NCBI GenBank assembly: GCA_019058445.1
Contig: JAHPZA010000006.1
Location: forward strand, 992,001 to 1,056,000
Reading direction: 5' to 3'
From: Promethearchaeota archaeon
Lineage (GTDB): Archaea > Asgardarchaeota > Lokiarchaeia > Sigyniarchaeales > SOKP01
DNA length: 64,000 nucleotides
The position numbers and the translations under genes are program-made. Positions 30,005-40,727 of the stretch are shown one piece after another. How positions within the stretch are numbered: the first letter of the stretch is position 1; every line of letters begins with the position of its first letter. The notes beneath the pieces are model-generated. The model was not told the DNA's origin and did not search any database. It worked only from the letters and a program-made list of their open reading frames with translations.

Positions 30005-30409
30005 AATAATCCCTTGTTAGTTATTTATTCGTTTAAAAAATTTTTAGGTATATAAATATTGTAGGACGCTAATTTAATATTTATTATTTAAAATATTCCT
30101 TAATACTAGTAGATCTATTTATGTTTATTGTTTATTCGCGAATGTGGCGATATTCGGCGATTCACTTACCTCTCTACACCAGAAAAAGAATATATCGAGC
30201 GAATAATACTACATAAGGAGGGAAAATTGATTTGTAAGGATGTTGATTTCTTTAAATTACACTCAGAAAGAAAATTGCGAAAAAGAGCGGAAAAAAGTGA
30301 AATTGTCTATCGAAAGCATGTGATGAAAATAAAGGATTTTTATCAGGGATTCATAAAATTTTTTAATTTTGCTTTATTTTAAAACACACTAAGTTCAAAA
30401 CATATTTTT

Positions 30410-30511
30410 AAGGAACTTAGGACGCAATTTAATGCGGTTTCAATATACTCAAGATATTGGAATGATATAAAAATATCATAATAAACCTGTGTATTGCGTT
30501 CTTTATTCTTT
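30410..30511 (+). promoter_or_regulatory. putative structured RNA leader upstream of rpl11
   Basis: Nested complementarity AGGACGCAAT/ATTGCGTTCT and GGTTT/AAACC, with internal hairpins CAATAT/ATATTG and ATGATAT/ATATCAT. Confidence 0.55.
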
Positions 30512-30558
30512 AGGAATAGATTTTGAATTAATTTAATAAAAAAAATTGTTAGATCAAC

Positions 30559-31056
30559 ATGAGCGAGAGAGGTAAAATAGTTGTTCGTGCCATGGTAACG
30601 GGGGGTGCTGCATCAGGAGGACCTCCAATTGGACCAGCCGTGGGGCCAACAGGAATAAACATCAAAGACGTTGTTGATGAAATTAATGCGCAGACTATGG
30701 TCTTTAAGGGGTTAACAGTCCCAGTTAGGATTGAATGTGATGCTGAGACAAAGCAATTTGAAATATTCATTGAAACTCCGTCCACAGCCTCGCTATTATT
30801 AAAAGAGGCGGGATTAGAAAAAGGTTCGAGCAATGCAGGTGAAGAAAAAATCAGTGATGTTACATTTGAACAGATAAAAAATGTAGCCAAAGCGAAGAGA
30901 GACATCTTCTTAGACAAAACATTTAAGGCGTGTGTGAAAACTGTATTAGGTACGGCGTTATCTGTAGGAGTAACTGTTGATGGAGAAGATCCACGAGTGA
31001 TTCAAGAACGGATTGACAATGGAGACTATGATGATATGATAAAGGAGGATACGTAA
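30559..31056 (+). CDS. rpl11: 50S ribosomal protein uL11
   Basis: GGAASGGPPIGPAVGPTG and PSTASLL. Confidence 0.97.
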   Translation: MSERGKIVVRAMVTGGAASGGPPIGPAVGPTGINIKDVVDEINAQTMVFKGLTVPVRIECDAETKQFEIFIETPSTASLLLKEAGLEKGSSNAGEEKISDVTFEQIKNVAKAKRDIFLDKTFKACVKTVLGTALSVGVTVDGEDPRVIQERIDNGDYDDMIKEDT

Positions 31057-31057
31057 A

Positions 31058-31786
31058 ATGAAAGTAGATGATAAATTATTAAAAAGGTCGCTTAATGCTG
31101 CGATTGATTTTTCAGTGAAGAAAAAGGAAGGATTTAGCGAGAAAGTGCGTAAATTTGACGAGACCATTGATTTTATAATTAATCTGAAAGATATAAATCT
31201 CAAAGATCCGAAAAGTAGAATTGATAAGGAATTAATATTACCTAATGACGTCATAGCAAAGGATAGTCCTAATATTTGTGTAATTGCGTCTGATGAGATA
31301 TTATTAGAAGCAAAAAGAATTAATGTTGACACATTAGATGCGGATAGCCTAGCTGGGCTAGATCGGGAAGAGAAAAAAGATAAGAAAAAATTTGTCAAAA
31401 AATACGATTTTTTTATTGTCGAAGATAAACTAATGCGAGATGTTGCCAGATATTTAGCGCGATTTTTAGGACCAGTTGGAAAAATGCCTAAACCATTTCC
31501 TACTGGCTATGGGATAATTTCTAGTGTAGAAGATTTAAAAAATGCCTTTGAAAGATATAAAAAAATCATTCGAATACAAGTTAAGAAACATCCAATTGTG
31601 CAGGTCAAAGTGGGGAAGAAATCTATGGAAATTGATAAGATTTTTGAAAATATAAAAGCCATCGTTGACTATATAGCCGATTTAATGCCTCATAAGTATA
31701 ATAACTTTAAATCCATGTTTATTAAAACGACTATGGGTAAATCTATTAAAATTGACGAGGTTTTCTTAAAAAATATAGGTGTATGA
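31058..31786 (+). CDS. rpl1: 50S ribosomal protein uL1
   Basis: RKFDETID, LGPVGKMPKP and KTTMGK. Confidence 0.97.
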   Translation: MKVDDKLLKRSLNAAIDFSVKKKEGFSEKVRKFDETIDFIINLKDINLKDPKSRIDKELILPNDVIAKDSPNICVIASDEILLEAKRINVDTLDADSLAGLDREEKKDKKKFVKKYDFFIVEDKLMRDVARYLARFLGPVGKMPKPFPTGYGIISSVEDLKNAFERYKKIIRIQVKKHPIVQVKVGKKSMEIDKIFENIKAIVDYIADLMPHKYNNFKSMFIKTTMGKSIKIDEVFLKNIGV

Positions 31787-32762
31787 AAAAATGATTAAAC
31801 AGCATGATATTCCGCAATGGAAATTGGATGAAATTAGTCTATTGGTTGATTTATTTAATAAATACAAAAATGTGGGAGTAATTGAAGTCGGACACATACA
31901 CGATCAACAAATTCAAGCAACTCGAAAGCTTCTGAGAGATAAAGCGATAATTCGAATGTCAAAAAAATCCTTACAAACACGTGCAATCGAAGTATTTGAA
32001 AAAGAATCAAAGAAAAAAAATCTACAAGAGCTTGCCAGTAAGATTCCCGGACAATCGAGTCTGGTGTTTACAAATACCGATATCTTTGAATTAAAGAAGT
32101 TATTTTTAGAAAATGAGTGGATGGTACCAGCTAAACCTAATGAAATCACCCCTGTAGATATTTGGGTGCCAGCTGGGGATACAGGACTCCCAACAGGTCA
32201 GGTAATAAGCGAGTTAAATATGACTTTGCGTTTACCTACGCGAATACAAAATGATACGATTTGGATAAGAGAGGATACGAGAACTCATAAGGCAGGGGAA
32301 CTAGTGGATGTAAAACAAGCGGCTGTTTTGAAAAAATTGGGAATTAGACCTATAGAGTCGTTGATTAGAATTCACTTTGCTTGGTGTGATGGCGAGGTTT
32401 ATCCAGAAGAAGTATTATATATGGATATAGAGCAATTTCAACAAGATGTTGCGTCTTGTTATTACACTGCCCAAACCCTTGCACTTGAACTAGGTATTAT
32501 TGATGAGGCAACAATAAAGCCATTGATTCAAAAAGCTAATAGAGAAGCATTAGGTATCCTATTTGAACTGGGGATTTTTGATGAGAGTATGGTTGAAGAT
32601 TACATAAAGAAAGCAGCTTTAAACGCTAACATTGTGAATTCATTGGTATTTGGAACTGGTATATCTGCACCGATAAAAGGAAAAACCCCTGAACCAAAGA
32701 AAGAAGAATCTGAAGATGATGATTCCGAGGAAGAAGCCACGGGCATCGGATCGTTATTTTAA
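31779..32762 (+). CDS. rpl10: ribosomal stalk protein uL10/P0
   Basis: IPQWK, PAGDTGLP and an acidic tail ending GIGSLF. Confidence 0.96.
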   Translation: MYEKMIKQHDIPQWKLDEISLLVDLFNKYKNVGVIEVGHIHDQQIQATRKLLRDKAIIRMSKKSLQTRAIEVFEKESKKKNLQELASKIPGQSSLVFTNTDIFELKKLFLENEWMVPAKPNEITPVDIWVPAGDTGLPTGQVISELNMTLRLPTRIQNDTIWIREDTRTHKAGELVDVKQAAVLKKLGIRPIESLIRIHFAWCDGEVYPEEVLYMDIEQFQQDVASCYYTAQTLALELGIIDEATIKPLIQKANREALGILFELGIFDESMVEDYIKKAALNANIVNSLVFGTGISAPIKGKTPEPKKEESEDDDSEEEATGIGSLF

Positions 32763-32843
32763 CTAATTAGGATGATTTTTTTAAAGTCCAAATTCAAAAT
32801 TATGAAATAAAAATTAAAATCAAAAAAAAAAGAGGAAAAAAAA

Positions 32844-33143
32844 ATGGAAAGTGTATACGCTGCACTCTTACTTCATAAAGCTTCTAAAAAGATTACTGAA
32901 GCTGCGATTGAAAAGATTTTAACTGCTGCTGGAGTTAAAGCAGATAAAAGTCAAATAACTAAGCTGGTTGCTGGGTTAAAAGACACTGATATTGATACAA
33001 TTTTAGCCTCAGCAACGGCAGCTCCTATAATGGCAGCTCCTGCTGCTGGTGGAGGAGCTCCTGCAGCATCTGGAGCCGAAGAAGAAAAGAAAGAGGAAGA
33101 AGAGGAAGAAGAGGAGCCTACAGGAATCGGGAGTTTGTTTTAA
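32844..33143 (+). CDS. rpl12: ribosomal stalk protein P1 (aL12)
   Basis: MESVYAALLLH, Ala/Gly hinge and acidic tail ending GIGSLF. Confidence 0.97.
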   Translation: MESVYAALLLHKASKKITEAAIEKILTAAGVKADKSQITKLVAGLKDTDIDTILASATAAPIMAAPAAGGGAPAASGAEEEKKEEEEEEEEPTGIGSLF

Positions 33144-33361
33144 ATTAACATATCAATTCGTATTTTTTTAATTATTTTTTTCTATTTTTATGAATGTGTA
33201 AACAGAAAATTATAGGGAATATGGATTCATATCATAATTTGATAGAATATTATTAATGTTTTATTTTCTAAATTGTGTAAACTTTTTATAGATTGAAATA
33301 ATTAAATTGATTTATAATTCAATTTAACAAAAAAGTATTATTCAGTCTATAGTGGTTATAA

Positions 33362-36300
33362 ATGAAATTCAATTTAAAAAAACTTACATCATTAATAGAT
33401 GAACATAGGAAAACAACAACAATAGGTATATTTGTTTTAATAGTATCAGCGGGTATCCTTGTATTTTTAGCACCTGCCTTGTTTGATTATTATTACGAAG
33501 AACCTTTGGATGAAGAAGATAATGATATAGATTCAGTATTGTGGAGGTTTGGTAAAGGAATGCCTGGTACGGGAGCAACAATGCAACCCGAAAAAGTATC
33601 TTTTATAAGCGGAGGAGAAGAGTATATTGTAGTCGGAACTGACGGAGGGATTGCTACTCTTACATTAGATGGAATTATAAGTATGAGTTATATGACTTTT
33701 GGTGATGTAATTTCGTTTGAGTTAATCGAAGATATCTCAGGGGATGGTCAAAAAGATATTGTTTTAATTGTCTATGATAGAGACCATGCTAATGTTATTG
33801 CTATTGCTTCGAGTAACGGAGAAGAGATATGGAAGTATGATCCACGAGTCAAAGGTTATGATTCCGAAACCTTTGCCACTCGAGAATTTATTACATATAC
33901 CTGGGATCTTGTAGTAATAGATGATATTGATGATGATGGTACAGATGATGTCGTTATTTCCTCTTGGAATAGAATTATTGCCTTAGAGGGGGATGAGGGA
34001 GATGAGATTTGGATAAATAATGATGCTTGTACAAATGATATTTGGAATATTGAGGTTTTAGATGATAAAATTATTGCTGGTTCAGAAGCAGGAGAATTAG
34101 TGGCAGTTGATATGGAGGATGGTAAACTTGAATGGGTTTCAGAAATAGAACCAACGACAACTATATTACTTCGAAGTATGGCAGTCGTTGTAGAGAGGGA
34201 AATAGCAAGCTCTATTAACGATATCATCATAGACGGAGACAATATTATTGTTTCTGCGGATAATGGATATATCTATCTTGTTTCAGGAGATGATGGAGAT
34301 GAACTAGATGACTATGAGGTTCATGAGATTGATGAATATGAGGATTATGTGGGTGATACCTCAGACGCTCTTACATCTCCTTATAGCTGTGAGAGAAGGA
34401 TCTTTCAGCGTGCTGGGTTAAAATTATTTGAGATCAAAGACATAAATAACGACGGTTCCAATGAATATATGGCAATTTCTTTCCACCTTGAATATTCTGA
34501 AGAAGATTTTCATGATATAGAAGATCTTGAGTTTGAGGGATTTATTTTTAAATGTGATGATGATGAGATTGATGATACGTTAGGTGGTGATTTTAGTTAT
34601 GATGAAACACTATACACCGCTTCTTATCCAGAATTCATTAGGGTAGATTCCGAAGTTAGATGCTATTTTTTTAGAAATAATTTTGAAGGCACTACGGGTG
34701 GTGAAAGTAATTATCAAGGAATTTACTATAACGATTATGTTACTGACTCTTTAAACCCTACTAGATCTACAAGAGTCGTAAAAACTGGAGATGAATGGGA
34801 AGATGAGGCGAATGACGATGATACTAGGGGAAAATACTTATTAAATGTAGGAGATGTTAACGAGGATGGCAGTGATGATTTGTTTGCAATAAGTGATGAT
34901 GGAAAATATTTGCTTATTGATACAAAAAACAGTCAGACTATTTGGTCGAGATCTAAAGCAGCTGGAGGTTCAGAACTCATCCCAATTGAAGATATTGATA
35001 ATGATGGAGTAAGAGACTTTTTATTTAAGAAATATAGTGATTTTGAGCCTACATGGAGGGAATACTCTGGTGAAGATATAGATGTTCCTAGTTGGAATTA
35101 TTATGGAACAGAAGAAGGAGATCCCGCAGAGGATCAAATTATAATCTCCGAATTTTTAACCATTAGTGCCAGAACAGGCAGAGTAATATGGGAATTTAGC
35201 GTACCTGATCCTGCTTATTACGAGGGATTAAGGGAAGTGATTAATATTGGAGATGTCGATGGCGATAATATTGATGACTATGCTGGCTGGATAATTCCCT
35301 CTGATTACCCTCCGGAAGTCCTAAATCACATCCGGGATATATCAGGAGGAACTTCTGTATCAACAACAACTTATGGACCTGAAAGAAATAATTACGTTGA
35401 AGAAGCGATTAATAGAGCATTGTTAGTAGGGTACACACGATTTCTGGCTATCAATGGATCAAACGGTTTAATTTTCTGGAATACTCCTCTAATCGATTTC
35501 CCTTATAAATACTATCGAGACTATGAATATGGGGGGAATTATAATGACCCTACTAATCCTCAAGTTAACGCGGGAGAGATTTATCATAGAACATACGATC
35601 GTATCCCTCTTAACTGGACTAACTACGCATCCGATAGCGATCGGGATCATATTCTATGGACAAATCCATGGGACAGTTCAACTTTAATGCATGCAACGAA
35701 CCTTGGACGTGAATCAGGAACAACAAGTGATTCACTTTTCGATCTTTGGGGAGATAATGGAAAAAACCATACGATTACATCTTATAATTCGTCGGCATTG
35801 GCACTAATCGGTAATCCTCAAACTAGCTCTTCAGAAGAAACTAAAGAACAAGATAATTATAATTGGGTTGTGGATTCAGAATCCTCTAGTGGAAGCCAAA
35901 AAATATCGCTTGAAATGTCATTTAATCAATCTCTAGAAATTCAGAGCGATTCAGATTACCTTATGATAGATTATGCTGGAAATCTTACAACAAAAGTTGC
36001 TCAAATTGAACTATTTATCTATAATTTCTCAGATGATAATTGGATTAAAATAAGTCCGAAATCTATAAATTCCACATCTTTTACAACCATGCAAAAAACC
36101 TTTGAAGATATTCAAGATATTGTCAAAGCTGCTGATAATAATCGAGTTAAAATCAAAATTGAAGCAACTGATTCGAATAGTTTTTCTCTCTCGATTGATG
36201 AATTAGTTGTTAACTATATATATGAGCTCGGAAATTATACCCTGAAAGCAGAGCAAGCAGGAAGCACTTGGGTGACTTCAATCAATTTAACTATTCCTTT

Positions 36301-38650
36301 ACAATTTGGAACAGATTATCATGAACTTGCTCAGATCGACAGAATATCCGCTTTTAAAATGCAAACTAAAGCATTAATTGATCTTACAGGTCCTGAAGAA
36401 TGGAGGTCATTTAACTTTATATATGAAATTCTTAATTCTACTTCCGGTCAATGGTCTCCATTTTATATTAATGCAAGTAGCCGTTATCTGAATAAGGATC
36501 ACCCCATGAATGCTTGGTATGGGGGCTATAAAAATAGTTCAACAGGTGGATTTAGGCATAATGCTACAAGTTTCGAGTTATCTGATGTCTTGAGGTATGA
36601 TATGATGTATATAATTCGACGGGGTACCTATAATCCATCAGGTTTATGGGGGATAGACGATGGCATAGATTTTGATGGTGAAAATAGAACCATTATGTGG
36701 CCATTTATTGATGCAAACAATAATGTGAAAATTCGCATAAATATCACAAATACCAATAAACCTTTTAATTTAACAATTGATAGTTTTGGACTGGGCGTGT
36801 TCTACTGGGGAGTATTTGGTAATGATTGGGATAGTAGCTATGTCTATAATTTGGAAACTGATGAATGGGACGAAAATTTAGATAATATTTTAAATCTAAA
36901 AATTTTAGACTTTAAAGCAATAAACGGTACGGGTAATGATTCTTTCGATGTAGTAGTTGTCGCCGGATTTGAAACAAGTGGTAGTTGGAGCTCTAGATTA
37001 ATTCTATTTAACGTTAAAAATCAAACTATAAACGCTCAATGGGATCGCAATAGTAGGGATATAGTCCCGTATAATATTGTGAGTATTACATATTTGAATA
37101 ATACTCAAAACGGTTGGCTATTAAGCGGTACATTTAACGATCCCTCTACTCTATTTTCTCATAAATACATTCAAAATGCGAACTGGGATAACACAATAAC
37201 TAATTACGATAACTATACTGATCCAACGATAACTTATAAAGCTACTTCTATAGATATAACAAATCAATGGTCTCAATTCTATGAAGTTCCTGGAACAGTC
37301 GAATACAGATGGGGAAAATTGGGTATCATTCTAGGGCAATACGGCGATTATAATGATTACCATGAAAAAATTAAAATTATTAATCCAGATACTTTAGCAA
37401 CTATTTGTATTATTAATCCGACTAATTTGGACTATTTAGGAAGGTCACAATATTGGACTACCAGAAGAAATGATTTTAGTATGGAAGGTGCCGGATATAA
37501 AATAAGATTTTCATACGCGGACTTTACCGGAGATGGTTATTTTGAGCACGTAGCTTTGGCTGAAGGAGGTCGGGTCATTAAAATTTTCAGCGGTACAACC
37601 GTCGATCCAGGTGATGCATTTGTCAGTATTGACCTTGAAGAATTAATTGAAGAAGGGGAAGTTAGCGACAAATACAATGAGTGGTCAGAAGAAGTTGACA
37701 CTTCTTTCAATTTGCCATTCGCATCATGCGGAGATATTAACGATGATCATCGTGAAGATGGAATAGTTGGAATGCAAATGGCCAAGCAAGAATGGGATGA
37801 AAGACTGTATTCAAAGGGAGCTGCAGTTCTATGTTTGGACATTACTTCCAGTTCTGGGACCGATTTAGAACTTATTGAATTTGAAAATAGTGGTGATGAC
37901 AACGATGATGATGATGAGCGAGGTTTTGATAAAGATGCGTGGCAATTAGAGACCTATGATTATGAGTATGAATGGTCTGATGATAGATATGAATATGTCG
38001 ACTTTATGGAAAATATCGGAGATTTCAATGATGATGGTGAAGATGACATTATTTGCGGTCATCGTACATATACACGTGCCGAAGGTGCCTATATAACCGG
38101 TTATATTACCGACTTATTGGATGTCTATAATCAAGAATTGTTATATAGGTTTAATTTAGAGAGCGTTGAAGCAATTTATCCTGTTGGTGATATTACAGGA
38201 GATGGAAACAACGAATTCATACTCGCAAGCGGTGAGTCATTTTTCTGCATAAATTCGGAATTTGAAGTCGAATTTAAAAACATTGATGATGATGATGAAA
38301 TGTCATCGAGTAGATTCACGATCGAATGGGAGACGGAAGGTGATTACGATTATTTTGAGCTAGTGATTAATGATAATAGTTATTGTATTACGGAGTATAC
38401 GGAATGCAAAGTTTCTCTTGGTCAAGGTGAGAAAAAAGTTCAAATTTTTATGTACGATAAAAGCGGAGTCGTCATAGCTGTAGACGAGGTAAACATTACG
38501 GTCCCTGCAGATTATTCAATGTGGGTGTTGACTGTTATAATAGCAGGTATATCTGCAGCCCTTGTGGTAACTTATCGACGGATGAAAAATAAGAATAAGG
38601 GGATTGTTCTAATCGATAAAGATAAAAAAATGGAGGAGTTAAAGATATGA
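33362..38650 (+). CDS. giant membrane-anchored FG-GAP/PQQ-like beta-propeller surface protein
   Basis: N-terminal TM; ~10 DxxxDGxxD Ca-binding loops; G..IW propeller motifs; many NxS/T sequons; C-terminal Ig-like domain, TM and basic tail. Confidence 0.8.
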   Translation: MKFNLKKLTSLIDEHRKTTTIGIFVLIVSAGILVFLAPALFDYYYEEPLDEEDNDIDSVLWRFGKGMPGTGATMQPEKVSFISGGEEYIVVGTDGGIATLTLDGIISMSYMTFGDVISFELIEDISGDGQKDIVLIVYDRDHANVIAIASSNGEEIWKYDPRVKGYDSETFATREFITYTWDLVVIDDIDDDGTDDVVISSWNRIIALEGDEGDEIWINNDACTNDIWNIEVLDDKIIAGSEAGELVAVDMEDGKLEWVSEIEPTTTILLRSMAVVVEREIASSINDIIIDGDNIIVSADNGYIYLVSGDDGDELDDYEVHEIDEYEDYVGDTSDALTSPYSCERRIFQRAGLKLFEIKDINNDGSNEYMAISFHLEYSEEDFHDIEDLEFEGFIFKCDDDEIDDTLGGDFSYDETLYTASYPEFIRVDSEVRCYFFRNNFEGTTGGESNYQGIYYNDYVTDSLNPTRSTRVVKTGDEWEDEANDDDTRGKYLLNVGDVNEDGSDDLFAISDDGKYLLIDTKNSQTIWSRSKAAGGSELIPIEDIDNDGVRDFLFKKYSDFEPTWREYSGEDIDVPSWNYYGTEEGDPAEDQIIISEFLTISARTGRVIWEFSVPDPAYYEGLREVINIGDVDGDNIDDYAGWIIPSDYPPEVLNHIRDISGGTSVSTTTYGPERNNYVEEAINRALLVGYTRFLAINGSNGLIFWNTPLIDFPYKYYRDYEYGGNYNDPTNPQVNAGEIYHRTYDRIPLNWTNYASDSDRDHILWTNPWDSSTLMHATNLGRESGTTSDSLFDLWGDNGKNHTITSYNSSALALIGNPQTSSSEETKEQDNYNWVVDSESSSGSQKISLEMSFNQSLEIQSDSDYLMIDYAGNLTTKVAQIELFIYNFSDDNWIKISPKSINSTSFTTMQKTFEDIQDIVKAADNNRVKIKIEATDSNSFSLSIDELVVNYIYELGNYTLKAEQAGSTWVTSINLTIPLQFGTDYHELAQIDRISAFKMQTKALIDLTGPEEWRSFNFIYEILNSTSGQWSPFYINASSRYLNKDHPMNAWYGGYKNSSTGGFRHNATSFELSDVLRYDMMYIIRRGTYNPSGLWGIDDGIDFDGENRTIMWPFIDANNNVKIRINITNTNKPFNLTIDSFGLGVFYWGVFGNDWDSSYVYNLETDEWDENLDNILNLKILDFKAINGTGNDSFDVVVVAGFETSGSWSSRLILFNVKNQTINAQWDRNSRDIVPYNIVSITYLNNTQNGWLLSGTFNDPSTLFSHKYIQNANWDNTITNYDNYTDPTITYKATSIDITNQWSQFYEVPGTVEYRWGKLGIILGQYGDYNDYHEKIKIINPDTLATICIINPTNLDYLGRSQYWTTRRNDFSMEGAGYKIRFSYADFTGDGYFEHVALAEGGRVIKIFSGTTVDPGDAFVSIDLEELIEEGEVSDKYNEWSEEVDTSFNLPFASCGDINDDHREDGIVGMQMAKQEWDERLYSKGAAVLCLDITSSSGTDLELIEFENSGDDNDDDDERGFDKDAWQLETYDYEYEWSDDRYEYVDFMENIGDFNDDGEDDIICGHRTYTRAEGAYITGYITDLLDVYNQELLYRFNLESVEAIYPVGDITGDGNNEFILASGESFFCINSEFEVEFKNIDDDDEMSSSRFTIEWETEGDYDYFELVINDNSYCITEYTECKVSLGQGEKKVQIFMYDKSGVVIAVDEVNITVPADYSMWVLTVIIAGISAALVVTYRRMKNKNKGIVLIDKDKKMEELKI

Positions 38651-39627
38651 TTAAAAAAGAGAAGGTTACGGAGAGGAAAACAGATTTTAAATACGAAATC
38701 TGGAGTAATGAACTCCAAAAAATCTACGGGAAGAAGGATAAAGCATTTGAAGCTGTAAAAAAAATAAATCTCCGTGTAGAACCCGGAATTCACGGTTTTT
38801 TAGGGCCTAACGGAGCAGGTAAAACAACAACCATGAGTATGCTGGTTGGAGCTATTTCTATAACCTCTGGTGAGGCTAAAATAAGAAATGAAGATGCAGG
38901 AAGCGTTGCTGCGAGGCGGTTATTTGGGTTCTTACCCCAAGATCCTGTTTTTTACAATCATATGACGGGAGAGGATTACCTAATTTACATGGGAAAGCTA
39001 GGAGGATTGCATAAAACAGAAGCAAGGAAGAGAGCTCAAGAGCTATGTGCGTATTTTGATATTTTCGACGATAGAGTCCGGCCTATAGGGGAATATTCTG
39101 GGGGTATGAAACAAAAAATCGGGATTGCAGCGGCACTTATTCACAAACCAAAATTATTAATTTTAGATGAACCAACGGCCAATTTGGATCCAATAGGACG
39201 TGCAAGTATAATAGAAAAAATCAAGGAAATTTCTAAAACAGTAAGTGTATTTGTATCTAGCCACATACTATCCGAAATTGAACAGATGTGCGATCGGGTA
39301 ACTATGATTAATAACGGTGAAATCGTTATTTCAGATACGTTAAAAAATATCAAGAAGAAATATATCGGAAACACTTATCAATTAGACACTAATAAAAACC
39401 AGGAAATTTTACAATCCCTAGAAAAGAAGGATTATGTGCAAAAAGCCTGGATAAAAGAGGAAGACGAAACAGTTCAAGTAATTCCTAAAGATGCTGACAG
39501 ACTACAGACGGAGATACCTAAGTTAATATTAGATAATAAAGCGATAATGTATAGTTTCCATATACCCGAGGTGTCACTACAGGATATATTTATGGAAGTA
39601 TATGCTTTGGGAGGGAGTAAAAAATGA
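38647..39627 (+). CDS. ABC-2 type transporter ATP-binding protein
   Basis: GPNGAGKTT, YSGGMKQK, LILDEPT and SSH motifs. Confidence 0.95.
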   Translation: MIKKEKVTERKTDFKYEIWSNELQKIYGKKDKAFEAVKKINLRVEPGIHGFLGPNGAGKTTTMSMLVGAISITSGEAKIRNEDAGSVAARRLFGFLPQDPVFYNHMTGEDYLIYMGKLGGLHKTEARKRAQELCAYFDIFDDRVRPIGEYSGGMKQKIGIAAALIHKPKLLILDEPTANLDPIGRASIIEKIKEISKTVSVFVSSHILSEIEQMCDRVTMINNGEIVISDTLKNIKKKYIGNTYQLDTNKNQEILQSLEKKDYVQKAWIKEEDETVQVIPKDADRLQTEIPKLILDNKAIMYSFHIPEVSLQDIFMEVYALGGSKK

Positions 39628-40628
39628 GCTTAGAAACGATTAAAAAAAAGACAAAATCTCTATTCTTAAGAGTAAAATCAGAAACTGTGGAGAATGAAGC
39701 ATTCAGAAATATGCTAATATTAACTATAAAGACCTATCAAGATTTAACATCACTTAAGAAATTTTTAATTTCGTTAGTTGGGATGATGTTATTTCCGATC
39801 ATCTTCCTTTCATTCGAAACGACCATTGATTATAATTCAATTTCTGTTCAACACGCTGCAGCAGCCATAAGCATCCAAATAATATTCCCTATGTTCTTTT
39901 GGACTTTAGGAATCGCTTTCATCTGCATTATTGGTACTAGCGGAGCGTCTCTTATTGCAGAAGAGGTTCATTCGGGAACCATGTTGATTTTAGTAAGTAA
40001 GCCAATTCGCCGAATAAAAATATTTCTGGGAAAATTTCTTGGATTATTCTTATATGGGGCAGTTTTAAGTTTTTGTGCGGTATTTCTATTAGGTTGGATA
40101 GCTGTGCTGAGATATTCTGCCAATCTACTTCACTTTTTTGCATTGATGCCATTTTTATTGGCATCCTATCTATATTCATTAGTTCTTTTGCTTATATTTT
40201 GTAGTATTACACTGGCTCTTTCATCAATCATGGATCGCCCAAGAAATGCTGCATTAGGGGTTTTATTCTTGGTTATTTTTTCTTTCATAGGAATGATGGT
40301 TCTTAAGATGTTCATTGCAGATTATTACGAAGATTATTATTTATATCATATCGATCTCGGTTATCATTTATCAAACATCTATATATCCTTTTTAGAGGCA
40401 TTTAATGCAATTCCTTTAGTAGCAGAGTGGCAGCAGTGGTTTGCTATGACGACTGGCGTATATGAAACTGCGTCACCTACGGATCCCGATCAAGATATAA
40501 ATCCTGGGGGAATGATAAGGACAGATTATTATCTACCGATCTTCTCCTTACTAATATGGATTGGTATTGCTATTGGTCTTTTAGCTTATGGCTTGTTTAG
40601 TTTAAAGAACAGAGAGATTTCGGTTTAA
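39624..40628 (+). CDS. ABC-2 type permease
   Basis: IAEEVHSGTMLILVSKPIRR...GKF signature; 6 TM. Confidence 0.9.
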   Translation: MSLETIKKKTKSLFLRVKSETVENEAFRNMLILTIKTYQDLTSLKKFLISLVGMMLFPIIFLSFETTIDYNSISVQHAAAAISIQIIFPMFFWTLGIAFICIIGTSGASLIAEEVHSGTMLILVSKPIRRIKIFLGKFLGLFLYGAVLSFCAVFLLGWIAVLRYSANLLHFFALMPFLLASYLYSLVLLLIFCSITLALSSIMDRPRNAALGVLFLVIFSFIGMMVLKMFIADYYEDYYLYHIDLGYHLSNIYISFLEAFNAIPLVAEWQQWFAMTTGVYETASPTDPDQDINPGGMIRTDYYLPIFSLLIWIGIAIGLLAYGLFSLKNREISV

Positions 40629-40727
40629 AACGGAAAAATTCTAAATTTAATAAATATCCTTTTTTTTTTATTATTTCTTATATTCAAGCAATAAGAGCTC
40701 TTTTTATTAAATCAAATATTAAAGATA

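Noticed and set aside
30128-30382. 84-aa ORF upstream of rpl11
   Set aside because: TTG start, no RBS and no recognisable motif; may be a remnant but cannot be supported.
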